DNA of 64,000 nt from an uncultured Eubacteriales bacterium (lineage in GTDB: Bacteria; Bacillota; Clostridia; Christensenellales; Aristaeellaceae): NCBI GenBank assembly GCA_902793605.1, contig CADBEB010000014.1:3265-67264 (forward strand). Reading direction: 5' to 3'. The notes below the pieces were generated by a model. The model worked only from the letters and a program-made list of their open reading frames with translations. It did no database searches and was not told the origin of the DNA. Every line of letters starts with the position of its first letter. Position 1 is the stretch's first letter. The position numbers and the translations under genes were made by a program. This document shows, piece after piece, positions 25,913 through 34,886 of this stretch.

Positions 25913-27064
25913 TTATTCAACCGACTGCTCAGCAACGAATTCCCATGCGCCGGTCTCGTTGTTGATGGTCTTGACGAAAGCGGAGGTGCGGATCGCGTCG
26001 CCGGTATCGTCAAACTTGATGTGGCCGGAAACGCCGTCGATCTCGGTCGTCGGCAGGGCAGCCATCACGGCAGCGCCGTCGGTGGAGCCGGCATTCTTCA
26101 GGGCTTCCAGGGCCATGTAGTATCCGTCGTAACCCATCACGGACACCGCAGCGATCATGTCGTTGCCGCCGTTGTTGGTCATGGCTTCGGCATCGCTGTT
26201 CAGCCAGGCCTTGAAGCCGTTGTCGAACTTCTCGTTCGCGCCTTCCTGATAGAAGGTGGTGATGATGACCTTGATGTTGGTGCCGGTCGCCGCTTCGGCA
26301 ACCTTGTTGCTGTCCAGGGTGTCGCCGCCCAGGATCGGCATCTCCAGGCCCTGCGCGCTGGCGGTCTGGATGATCAGGGTGGAGTACTCAATGGACACGG
26401 GGCAGAAGAACACTTCGGCACCGTAGGCCACGGCGTTGCTCAGGTAGGAGGTGAAGTCCTGGGTCTTGGAGGGGAAGTCTTCCTTGAAGACCGTGCCGCC
26501 CAGCTTTTCGAAGGACTGCTTGAAGTATTCGATCAGGCCCTGATCATAGTCGTTGCCCAGCTCGCCCAGGCAGTACGCGGTCTTCACGCCCAGCGTGTTG
26601 AAAGCGTAGTTGGCCAGGACGGTGCCCTGGAAGGGATCCAGGAAGCAAACGCGGAAGTAGTGGGTGTTGCCCGCGGTCACCTGCGGGTTGGTGCAGGTCA
26701 GGCCGATAACCGGGATGTTCGCATTCTTGAAGTAGTCGGAACCGGCAATGGAGACGCCGGAGCCGTAGGAACCAAGCGCGATGCTCGCGCCGGCGGAGAT
26801 GATCTGCTGCGCGGCGGAAGGCGCCTTGTCGTTCTCGGAACCGTTGTCCGCGATCACGAGCTCTACCTTATACTCAGTGTCGCCGATCTTCACGGTGGGA
26901 GTCTCCTGATTGGCGTACTGCACGCCCAGGGTCTCCTGCTTGCCGCCGGCGCCGTTGGAACCGGAAGCGGGCTCATACACGCCGATCTTGATTACGTCTT
27001 CCGCCATGGCGAAAGCGGGAACCAGCATCATCACTGCCAGAACCAGAGCAATCAGTTTCTTCAT
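25913..27064 (-). CDS. branched-chain amino acid ABC transporter substrate-binding protein
   Basis: Start re-set to ATG 27064 (AAGGAGGAATAACCATT upstream), giving MKKLIALVLAVMMLVPAFAMA. LivJ/K-type periplasmic binding fold. Confidence 0.9.
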   Translation of the reverse strand: MKKLIALVLAVMMLVPAFAMAEDVIKIGVYEPASGSNGAGGKQETLGVQYANQETPTVKIGDTEYKVELVIADNGSENDKAPSAAQQIISAGASIALGSYGSGVSIAGSDYFKNANIPVIGLTCTNPQVTAGNTHYFRVCFLDPFQGTVLANYAFNTLGVKTAYCLGELGNDYDQGLIEYFKQSFEKLGGTVFKEDFPSKTQDFTSYLSNAVAYGAEVFFCPVSIEYSTLIIQTASAQGLEMPILGGDTLDSNKVAEAATGTNIKVIITTFYQEGANEKFDNGFKAWLNSDAEAMTNNGGNDMIAAVSVMGYDGYYMALEALKNAGSTDGAAVMAALPTTEIDGVSGHIKFDDTGDAIRTSAFVKTINNETGAWEFVAEQSVE

Positions 27065-27164
27065 AATGGTTATTCCTCCTTGTCTTACGGCAGGGCAGAC
27101 TCCCCGCCGTTTGGTTTTCCTATTATACCTGCACGGGTACCGAAAAACAATAAAAGTGCAGAGG

Positions 27165-27192
27165 AAAGACAAAAAGGGCTTGTCAGCCCTTC
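27165..27192 (-). terminator. terminator after the 83-aa gene
   Basis: Stems AGGGCT (27175-27180) and AGCCCT (27185-27190). An A-run on + gives a U-run on -. Confidence 0.5.
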
Positions 27193-27434
27193 AGTCCCTG
27201 CTCCTGCCGTTCCATGTTTTCCACGACGATATCGTAGATCTCGCCGAGGGAGGAACAATATTCCAGAACCTTCCAGGGTTCGTTGGTGTGGTAGTGGATC
27301 TTGATCAGTTCGTCGTCGCCCACCGCCAGCAGGCAGTCTCCCTTGAAGTTGTTGGTAAAGTAATCGTTGATCTCATCCTCATCCAGCCCCTGACCTTCGA
27401 TCAGCAGCTGCGTATCGAACTTGAACTCCAGCAT
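27183..27434 (-). CDS. 83-aa stand-alone domain resembling the central domain of YloV/FakA (DAK2-fusion) proteins
   Basis: Start re-set to ATG 27434. MLEFKFDTQLLIEG...GDCLLAVGDDELIKIHYHTNEPWKVLEY...IVVENMERQ matches my recollection of the ...GDSLVVV..KVHVHTN.PG.VL...I.NM..Q segment. No DAK2 part is present. Confidence 0.5.
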   Translation of the reverse strand: MLEFKFDTQLLIEGQGLDEDEINDYFTNNFKGDCLLAVGDDELIKIHYHTNEPWKVLEYCSSLGEIYDIVVENMERQEQGLKG

Positions 27435-27540
27435 GGTCGTTACCGCTCCTTTGCGTCTTAATGCCCCGGTCCTCCGGGAACGAAACACAATGTATCATGT
27501 CCGGGCAAAAAAGTCAATTCTGACAACGGTTTCGGCCGTT

Positions 27541-30108
27541 TTATTTCGCCTCGGCCCAGTTCTTTCCCCGGTGGACCTCCGCCACCAGCGGCACCTTCAG
27601 CTCAATGGCGCCCTCCATGGCTTCCCGCAGCAAATCCGCCGCGCGGTCCGCCTCCTCCGGCGGGCACTCCAGCAGCAGTTCGTCGTGCACCTGCAGGATC
27701 AGTCGGCTCTGCATTCCCTTCTCCCGCAGCGCCCGGTCCACCCGGACCATGGCCAGCTTGATAATGTCCGCCGCGGTGCCCTGCACCGGCGTGTTCATGG
27801 CCGCGCGCTTGCCGAACTCCCGGATCGGTGCCTTCGGGGAGCGCAGTTCCGGCAGATAGCGCCGCCGGCCCATCAGGGTCTCGGCATAGCCCTTCTCCGC
27901 ACCTTCCGCGGCGGTCCGGTCCATGAAGCGCTTCACCCCCGGATAGGTCCTGAAGTACTTCTCGATAAACTCCGCGGCTTCCCGCCGGCTGACGCCGGTG
28001 TTCCGGCTCAGGCCGAAACCGCTGATGCCGTAGATCAGCCCGAAGTTCACCGCCTTGGCCCGGCTGCGCAGCTCCGGCGTCACCCATTCCGGCGGCACGT
28101 CAAAGATCTCGCTCGCGGTCCGGGCGTGGATGTCCTCCCCCTTGCGGAAGGCGTCAATCAGCGCCTCGTCCCCGGAGAAGTGCGCCATCAGTCGCAGCTC
28201 AATCTGGCTGTAATCCGCGTCCAGCAGCACCCAGCCCTCCCGGGGCAGGAACGCCTCCCGGATCTCCCTGCCTTCCTCCGTGCGCACGGGGATGTTCTGC
28301 AGGTTCGGTTCGGAGGAAGAGATCCGCCCGGTCGCGGTCGCAGTCTGGTCAAAGGTCGAATGCACGCGGTTCTGCCGGTCGGCCAGCGGGAGCAGGCCTT
28401 CCACATAGGTGCCGTTCAGCTTGGCCAGCTGACGGTAGCGCAGCAGCGGCTCGATCAGTTCCGGCGCGTCAAACCGCAGGCCTTCCAGCACCTCCGCCGA
28501 GGTGGAGTAGCCCTTCGAAGTTTTTTTCCCGTGGGGCAGGTTCATCCGCTCGAACAGGACTTCGCCCAGCTGCTGCGGGCTGTTCAGGTTGAAGCTGTAT
28601 CCGCCTGCGGCGGCGATCACTTCGTCCCGCCGCTGCGTGATCTCGGCCGTGTATTTCTTACCCAGTTCCCGCAGGAAATCCGTGTCCACGGTAAAGCCTT
28701 CACGCTCCATCCGGAACAGGACAAAGCTCAGCGGCTGCTCGACTTCCTTCATCAGGGCCGTCATGCCGTCCGCTTCCACCCGCGCCTTCTGCCACGCCGC
28801 CAGGGAGCACAGCGTCGCCGAGTCCTCCGGCAGGTCCGGGCACAGGGCCGCCAGACGGTAGCTCTTTTCCTGCGGATTCAGCAGGTAGGCTGCCAGCATC
28901 GTATCCCAGCCGAAGGACTCCGGCAGCGGAAGACCCAGCCGGTCCAGCGAATGCAGCAGCGCCTTGCCGTTGTGCACGACAGCGCTGCCCTTTTGCAGCT
29001 CGCTTCCCAGCAGGGAGAGCACCTCCGCCGGATCAAGCCCCGGATTCAGCAGGTCGCCCCCCAGCGAGATGTCCGCCCGCTTTCCGCCGGTTCGCGCCAG
29101 GGACACGGAAAGCTCGGAAACAAAGAGGCACAGCGGGCCGGCATCTTCCGTCGCCTTCAGCCAGGCGGAGATTTCCTCCGGCGCGGTGAGCGCCGCGGGC
29201 GCATCGAACGGCAGCAGAGCCAGGCTTTCCTTATTCCCGGTTTCCCCGCTCTCTCCTTCGCTGCCCAGGCGGCGGATGATGCTGTTGAGCTTCAGTTTTT
29301 CCAGCGCCGGAATCCCTTTCTTCAGATCCGGCAGCGCACAGGCGCCCAGGCTGAAGTCCACCGGCGCATCCCGCCGGATCGTTGCCAGCTCTTTGCTGAA
29401 GCGGGCCTGCTCCGCATAGGTCATCAGTTTTTCGCCCAGCTTACCCTTGACCTGGTTCGCATTCTCCAGAACGGCTTCGAGGTTCCCGTATTCCTGCAGC
29501 AGCTTCACTGCTGTCTTATCGCCGACCCCGGGCACGCCGGGGATGTTGTCGCTGGAATCCCCTGCCAGGCCTTTCCAGTCCGTCACCTGCTCCGGTGTAA
29601 AGCCGTATTCCTCATAGACCTTCGAGGCGTTGAAACGGACGGTCTCGGAAATCCCCTTGCGGGTGAACATCAGCTCCGTCCCGCCGCCGACCAGCTGCAG
29701 GGCATCCCGGTCCCCGGTCAGGAGCAGCGGAGCCGCGCCGGCCTCCGCGCCTTTCAGGCTCAGCGTGCCTAGCAGGTCGTCCGCCTCCCATCCCTGCAGG
29801 GAAAACCGGCGGATACCCAGATCGTCCAGCAGCGTCAGGATCGTGTCGAACTGCTGGCGCAGTTCCGGCGGCGTCGCTTTCCGCCCGGCCTTGTAATCCG
29901 CATAGACCGTATGCCGGAAGGTTGGACCGTGCTCATCAAAGCAGACGGCCAGGTACTGGACGTTCTCTTCCCTGATCACCTTCAGCAGCATGCTCAGGAA
30001 TCCGTAGATCGCATTGGTATAAATGCCGTCTGCGTCCATCAGCGGCAGCGCGTGAAATGCGCGGTGCATCAGGCTGTTCCCGTCCACCAGCAGGAATGTA
30101 TCTTTCAT
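27541..30108 (-). CDS. polA: DNA polymerase I
   Basis: 855 aa with a 5'-nuclease N-terminus (LLVDGNSLMHRAFHAL). Pol A motifs: DYSQIELR, RRxAKAVNFGLIYG, QVHDELLLE. Confidence 0.95.
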   Translation of the reverse strand: MKDTFLLVDGNSLMHRAFHALPLMDADGIYTNAIYGFLSMLLKVIREENVQYLAVCFDEHGPTFRHTVYADYKAGRKATPPELRQQFDTILTLLDDLGIRRFSLQGWEADDLLGTLSLKGAEAGAAPLLLTGDRDALQLVGGGTELMFTRKGISETVRFNASKVYEEYGFTPEQVTDWKGLAGDSSDNIPGVPGVGDKTAVKLLQEYGNLEAVLENANQVKGKLGEKLMTYAEQARFSKELATIRRDAPVDFSLGACALPDLKKGIPALEKLKLNSIIRRLGSEGESGETGNKESLALLPFDAPAALTAPEEISAWLKATEDAGPLCLFVSELSVSLARTGGKRADISLGGDLLNPGLDPAEVLSLLGSELQKGSAVVHNGKALLHSLDRLGLPLPESFGWDTMLAAYLLNPQEKSYRLAALCPDLPEDSATLCSLAAWQKARVEADGMTALMKEVEQPLSFVLFRMEREGFTVDTDFLRELGKKYTAEITQRRDEVIAAAGGYSFNLNSPQQLGEVLFERMNLPHGKKTSKGYSTSAEVLEGLRFDAPELIEPLLRYRQLAKLNGTYVEGLLPLADRQNRVHSTFDQTATATGRISSSEPNLQNIPVRTEEGREIREAFLPREGWVLLDADYSQIELRLMAHFSGDEALIDAFRKGEDIHARTASEIFDVPPEWVTPELRSRAKAVNFGLIYGISGFGLSRNTGVSRREAAEFIEKYFRTYPGVKRFMDRTAAEGAEKGYAETLMGRRRYLPELRSPKAPIREFGKRAAMNTPVQGTAADIIKLAMVRVDRALREKGMQSRLILQVHDELLLECPPEEADRAADLLREAMEGAIELKVPLVAEVHRGKNWAEAK

Positions 30109-30256
30109 GGGTCCTCCTCCGCCCGTCCGGGGCGTTTTCGATCATCGATATTATATAGGAAGACTCCGCATTCGTCCATTCTTTTCAAACGGCCCGAAAC
30201 ATGCTATACTCCCTTCTGTATCCGGCTGAAAGACATACGGGAGGAAGTACGATTTC

Positions 30257-31573
30257 ATGGCATATACGGTGGGCGCCGTTTCCCTCGGCTGCAACAAGAA
30301 CCGGGTGGACACCGAGACCGCCCTGGGCCTTCTGAAAGCAAAGGGTTTCGAACTGACAGAGGATCCTGAGCAGGCGGATATCCTGCTGGTTAATACCTGC
30401 GGGTTCATCGACTCCGCCAAGGAGGAATCCGTCAACACGATCCTGGATATGGCGCAGTATAAACAATCCGGACGATGCAGGCTGCTGGTAGTCACCGGCT
30501 GCCTCACCCAGCGTTACCCGGAGGACCTGCTCAAAGAGATCCCGGAAATCGACCTGCTTCTCGGTGTCAACCAGTATGCGGATCTTCCCGCGGCAATCGA
30601 AAAGGCGCTCGGGGGCGAGCGTCCGGCCTGCTGGAAGGACGATTTCGGCTATTTCGAGCACGACCGGGTACTGACAACCCCTTCGTATTCCGCCTATGTC
30701 CGCATCGGGGAAGGTTGCTCAAACCGCTGTACCTTCTGCGCAATTCCTCTGATCCGCGGCCCGTACCGCAGCCGCAGCGAGGAGTCCGTACTCCGGGAGA
30801 TCCGGCAGCTGGCAGCCGCAGGCGTCCGGGAGCATATCCTCGTCGCCCAGGATACCACCCGCTTCGGGACCGAGGATCATCCGCACACCACCCTGCCGGA
30901 CCTGATGCGCAAGGCTGCCTCAATCGAAGGAGTGGACTGGCTCCGGGTGCTCTACTGCTATCCGGACGAAACGAGCGACGAACTGCTGGACGTGCTGGCG
31001 GAAACGGACAACATCTGTCCCTACCTGGATATCCCGCTCCAGCATATCAACGCGGACCTGCTGAAGCGTATGCGCCGGCGCGGCACCCGCGATGATATCC
31101 TCCGCTGTGTCCGCGGCGCGCGTGAGCGCGGCCTGACCCTGCGAACGACGTTCATCGTCGGTTTCCCGGGAGAGACGGAAGACCAGTTCAGGGAACTGCT
31201 GGACTTCGTGGAGGAAACGGAGTTTGACCGGCTCGGCGCGTTCACCTACTCGCCGGAGGAAGGCACACCGGCGGCAAAGCTGCCGGATCAGCTGCCGGAA
31301 GAAGTGAAACAGGAGCGGCTTGACCGCCTGATGACCCTGCAGCAGGGGATCTCCCTGAAGCGCAATCGCAGCCGGATCGGTTCGGTTGAACAGGTGCTGG
31401 TGACAGATACCGACGATCAGGGCAGCTGTCTTGGCCGCAGCGGGCGTGAAGCGCCGGAGATTGACGGGGCGGTCTATGTTTCCTGCCAAAACGCCCGGCC
31501 GGAACCCGGCCAGTTTATCCCGGTACGGATCACTGACGCCGGAGAATATGATCTGCGAGGTGAAATGCTTTGA
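30257..31573 (+). CDS. rimO: ribosomal protein S12 methylthiotransferase
   Basis: MTTase N-domain (SLGCNKNRVDTE), radical-SAM CSNRCTFC and a C-terminal TRAM domain. Confidence 0.85.
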   Translation: MAYTVGAVSLGCNKNRVDTETALGLLKAKGFELTEDPEQADILLVNTCGFIDSAKEESVNTILDMAQYKQSGRCRLLVVTGCLTQRYPEDLLKEIPEIDLLLGVNQYADLPAAIEKALGGERPACWKDDFGYFEHDRVLTTPSYSAYVRIGEGCSNRCTFCAIPLIRGPYRSRSEESVLREIRQLAAAGVREHILVAQDTTRFGTEDHPHTTLPDLMRKAASIEGVDWLRVLYCYPDETSDELLDVLAETDNICPYLDIPLQHINADLLKRMRRRGTRDDILRCVRGARERGLTLRTTFIVGFPGETEDQFRELLDFVEETEFDRLGAFTYSPEEGTPAAKLPDQLPEEVKQERLDRLMTLQQGISLKRNRSRIGSVEQVLVTDTDDQGSCLGRSGREAPEIDGAVYVSCQNARPEPGQFIPVRITDAGEYDLRGEML

Positions 31574-32103
31574 ACCTGCCCAATAAGCTCAGCATTGCCC
31601 GGGCTGTCTGCATCCCCGTGATCGTGATCCTGCTCTATCTGAAGGATCCGGCCTGCCGGATCACAGCGGGTATCCTGTTCATCCTCGCCTGCCTGACCGA
31701 TTTCCTGGACGGGCGGATCGCGCGCAAACGCAACCTCGTGACCGATTTCGGCAAGTTCATTGATCCGGTGGCTGATAAGCTGCTGGTCCTGACTGCGCTG
31801 ATTATGCTCGTTCATCGCGGGATGATGCCCGCCTGGGTCGTGATTGTCGTTCTGTGCCGTGAGCTCTCCGTCGACGGGCTGCGTATGGTCGCCGTAACCC
31901 AGGGAAAAGTGATTGCCGCCGGTCCTCTTGGTAAGTGGAAAACCGCCTGCCAGATGGTGCTGATCAGCATCATGCTGATCCTGGATCTTTCTTTCAGAAC
32001 CTCATGGCCGGTCATGGTCCTGACCGGCATTATGGTCCTGCTCACGGTGATCTCAGCTGTGGATTATTTTGTCCGGAACCGCTCCGTCCTCGCGTTGAAA
32101 TAA
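31570..32103 (+). CDS. pgsA: CDP-diacylglycerol--glycerol-3-phosphate 3-phosphatidyltransferase
   Basis: CDP-alcohol phosphatidyltransferase motif DFLDGRIARKRNLVTDFGKFIDPVADK. Confidence 0.9.
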   Translation: MNLPNKLSIARAVCIPVIVILLYLKDPACRITAGILFILACLTDFLDGRIARKRNLVTDFGKFIDPVADKLLVLTALIMLVHRGMMPAWVVIVVLCRELSVDGLRMVAVTQGKVIAAGPLGKWKTACQMVLISIMLILDLSFRTSWPVMVLTGIMVLLTVISAVDYFVRNRSVLALK

Positions 32104-32113
32104 ACCGTTCCGG

Positions 32114-32440
32114 CTTTCCACAGCCGTTTTTCCACAGCCCGGTGAATTGATTGAATTCGGTGGATTCCGAAGCGAATCGGACCTGAAAAGAACCATTCCG
32201 ACAGATGCCGGAGCACCCGGTTCCTCGGTAACCGTCCCGTGGATCAGGCCAAAAGAAGGATTTACATTCCCGGATATGGAATATTTAACGGAATCCTGTT
32301 TATGAATTGACGATTTTTCCACTTTTTTTCCACAGCGGAAATGTAGGCATACAAAACCTGCTCCGCATTCTCCACTGTTTGCACAGGTATAACTACGACA
32401 ACGAATATGATTATATATCAATATAATCATTCTTCGTTCT
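32114..32440 (+). promoter_or_regulatory. DnaA-box cluster plus AT-rich stretch upstream of dnaN (oriC-like)
   Basis: TTTTCCACA at 32128-32136 and 32326-32334. Near-boxes CTTTCCACA at 32114, TTTTCCACT at 32315 and GTTTGCACA at 32376. AT-rich palindromic run TGATTATATATCAATATAATCA at about 32408-32429. Confidence 0.5.
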
Positions 32441-32463
32441 CAGGATGAAAGAGGTTTTGCCAG

Positions 32464-33579
32464 ATGATCCTATCCATGAATTCCCAGGACCTGCTCGAAG
32501 GCCTGAACACCGTTACACGGGCTCTGTCTCCCCGTCCGGCCAAACAGATCCTCGAAGGCGTATTGATCTCAGCCGAGGAAAACCGCGTGCTGATGACCTG
32601 CTCCGACGGTTCACTGACGATCGAGTATACGAATACCGCTTCTGTACAGGAAGAAGGTCAGACCGTCCTGCCCGGACGGATCTTTGCGGAAATGATCCGC
32701 AAGATGCCGGAAGGAATGGTTACGATCACTGAACAGGATCACAGATCTGCAACGATCCGATGCATGAAGAACCGGAGTTCACTGGCAGTGATGAACCCGG
32801 CGGAATATCCGGAGATCAATCCGCTGAAGACCGGCGCGACTGTCAAGATCCAGCAGAACAAGCTGAAGGATATGATCAGCCACGTGGCATTTGCGGTGGC
32901 AACGGATGAGAGCCGGCAGATCCTGACGGGCAGCCTGCTGGAAGTGAACCGGAGCGAAGCGCGCCTGGTGGCGCTGGACGGGTTCCGTCTGGCGATGTAC
33001 AAGCTTTTCCAGCCTTTTGAGCTGGCGGACGGGCTGGAAATCGTCAAGGCAGTGATTCCCGGAAAGGTGCTGAACGAACTGACCAGGATCCTGCCGGATG
33101 ACGAGGCGTTCTGTTCCCTGCTGATCGACAAGGGAAGAATGCAGTGTGTCTTCGGGAATATCCGGCTGACAAGTGTTTTGCTGGCCGGTGAGTATATCGA
33201 TTACCGCCGGATCCTGCCTTCGGAATTCAGGACGGAAGCGCTGGCGGATAAAACCAGTGTGCAGGACGCGATTGAGCGCGCCAGCCTGATGGCCCGCGAA
33301 GGAAAGAACAACCTGATCAAGATGAGTTTCCGGGAGGATACGCTGAAAATCTCCTCAAACGCAGAACTGGGCGATGTGGAGGAAGAGACGGAAGCTTCCC
33401 TCAACGGCGACCCGGTGGATATCGCGTTCAATGCGCGCTACATTACGGACGTGATCCGGAATGTTCCGGATGAGAAACTGTTCATGAAGTTCAACTCCAG
33501 TGTCAGTCCCTGCGTAGTGGTCCCGCAGTCCGGGGACGATTATCTCTACCTGATCCTTCCTGTGCGGGTTTTCCAGTAA
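32464..33579 (+). CDS. dnaN: DNA polymerase III subunit beta
   Basis: 371 aa with three-domain clamp pattern. AAAGAGG RBS. Followed by recF. Confidence 0.95.
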   Translation: MILSMNSQDLLEGLNTVTRALSPRPAKQILEGVLISAEENRVLMTCSDGSLTIEYTNTASVQEEGQTVLPGRIFAEMIRKMPEGMVTITEQDHRSATIRCMKNRSSLAVMNPAEYPEINPLKTGATVKIQQNKLKDMISHVAFAVATDESRQILTGSLLEVNRSEARLVALDGFRLAMYKLFQPFELADGLEIVKAVIPGKVLNELTRILPDDEAFCSLLIDKGRMQCVFGNIRLTSVLLAGEYIDYRRILPSEFRTEALADKTSVQDAIERASLMAREGKNNLIKMSFREDTLKISSNAELGDVEEETEASLNGDPVDIAFNARYITDVIRNVPDEKLFMKFNSSVSPCVVVPQSGDDYLYLILPVRVFQ

Positions 33580-33649
33580 TAAACAAGGAATGAGCTGACA
33601 GAGCGGCGGCCCGTCAACGGGTCCTGCCGTTTTCTGTTTTCAGGAGATT

Positions 33650-34768
33650 ATGCGGATAACAGAACTGAAACTGAAAAACTTCAGGAATTATGAGGATCTG
33701 GAGCTGCATCCCGATCCGGGGGTAAACCTGTTCTTCGGCCGGAACGGTTCCGGGAAGACCAATCTCCTGGAGGCGGTCCATTATGCTGCGCTGGGACGTT
33801 CCCACCGGATCTCCAGCGACGCGAATGTCGTCCGATACGGCGAAGATGCAGCTCTTTCCACTGTTGGCACCGAAACGGTCCTCGGGCAGCGGGAAATCAC
33901 GGTCCGCTTCCATCCGGGCGAAGCGCAGAAGAAGGAGATCCTGATCGACGGAAAGACTATCCGAAGATTTTCTGATATGATGGGCTGCCTTCGCTGTGTG
34001 ATCTTTTCCCCGGAGGACCTCGGCCTGATCCGGGAGGGACCTTCGGTTCGCCGTAGGTACCTGGATATGATGATCAGCCAGATCAGCCGGAAATACTTTA
34101 TTGCGCTGCAGCAGTACCGGACCGGGCTGGATCAGCGGAACGCGATCCTGCGGAACCTGCGGACGGATCCGTCTGCCGGGAAGTCACTGCTCGGTGTATT
34201 TGAGGAAGCGATGGCGGAACCGGCAGCTGAGATCATCCGGGAACGCCGCCGGATCGTATCCCATCTGTCGGAAATTGCCAGGGATACCTATCTGCGCATC
34301 TCGGGAACGGAAGAGCAGCTCAGGATCGCATATCATTCTTCCGTTAAGGAAGAGGATAATCTTCCGGAATCCTTTTGCAGGCTCCTGCAGGAGAACCGCG
34401 AAGACGATATTCGCCTGGGCATGACTTCCGTCGGCCCGCATCGGGACGACCTGATCCTGACGCTGGACCGGAATCCGATGAAACAGTTTTCCAGCCAGGG
34501 ACAGGTCCGGACAGCAGCCCTGAGTATGAAGCTCAGCCAGATGAAGATCCTGAAGGACGACAGCGGAGAGGAACCGGTCCTGCTGCTGGACGATGTGATG
34601 AGTGAGCTGGACCGGAAGCGGCGGGCCAGTCTGATCAGTGAAATTCTCTCCTTCCAGACCTTTATCACCTGTGCCGACCGCGAGGACGTGGACTGTGAAA
34701 AGGTGAGCAGAATGTGGCAGGTCTCCGCGGAAAACGGTTCTGCTTCCCTGCTTCCCGTAACACCATAG
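33650..34768 (+). CDS. recF: DNA replication/repair protein RecF
   Basis: MRITELKLKNFRNYEDLEL, Walker A GRNGSGKTNLLEA, and signature SQGQVRTAALSMKL...LLLDDVMSELD. Confidence 0.95.
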   Translation: MRITELKLKNFRNYEDLELHPDPGVNLFFGRNGSGKTNLLEAVHYAALGRSHRISSDANVVRYGEDAALSTVGTETVLGQREITVRFHPGEAQKKEILIDGKTIRRFSDMMGCLRCVIFSPEDLGLIREGPSVRRRYLDMMISQISRKYFIALQQYRTGLDQRNAILRNLRTDPSAGKSLLGVFEEAMAEPAAEIIRERRRIVSHLSEIARDTYLRISGTEEQLRIAYHSSVKEEDNLPESFCRLLQENREDDIRLGMTSVGPHRDDLILTLDRNPMKQFSSQGQVRTAALSMKLSQMKILKDDSGEEPVLLLDDVMSELDRKRRASLISEILSFQTFITCADREDVDCEKVSRMWQVSAENGSASLLPVTP

Positions 34769-34843
34769 ATACCTCTGTTGTCATCCTGAACAAACAGAAG
34801 GATCTGTCCTGCAGAATCAGGTTATTACATCCATACAGAAAAA

Positions 34844-34859
34844 TGTTTCACGTGAAACA
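34844..34859. promoter_or_regulatory. perfect 16-bp palindrome TGTTTCACGTGAAACA, candidate operator
   Basis: Exact inverted repeat 27 nt upstream of ATG 34887 of the helicase-nuclease gene. Function not established. Confidence 0.35.
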
Positions 34860-34886
34860 ATGACGTGTTGATGAGGAAAAAGTCTT

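Noticed and set aside
25802-29772. ORFs 25802..27304(+) and 27421..29772(+)
   Set aside because: Antisense shadows of the liv SBP gene and polA.
33580-33649. Imperfect hairpin plus T-run between dnaN and recF, considered as an attenuator
   Set aside because: The stem needs bulges and wobble pairs. It is plausible as a partial terminator but too weak to call.
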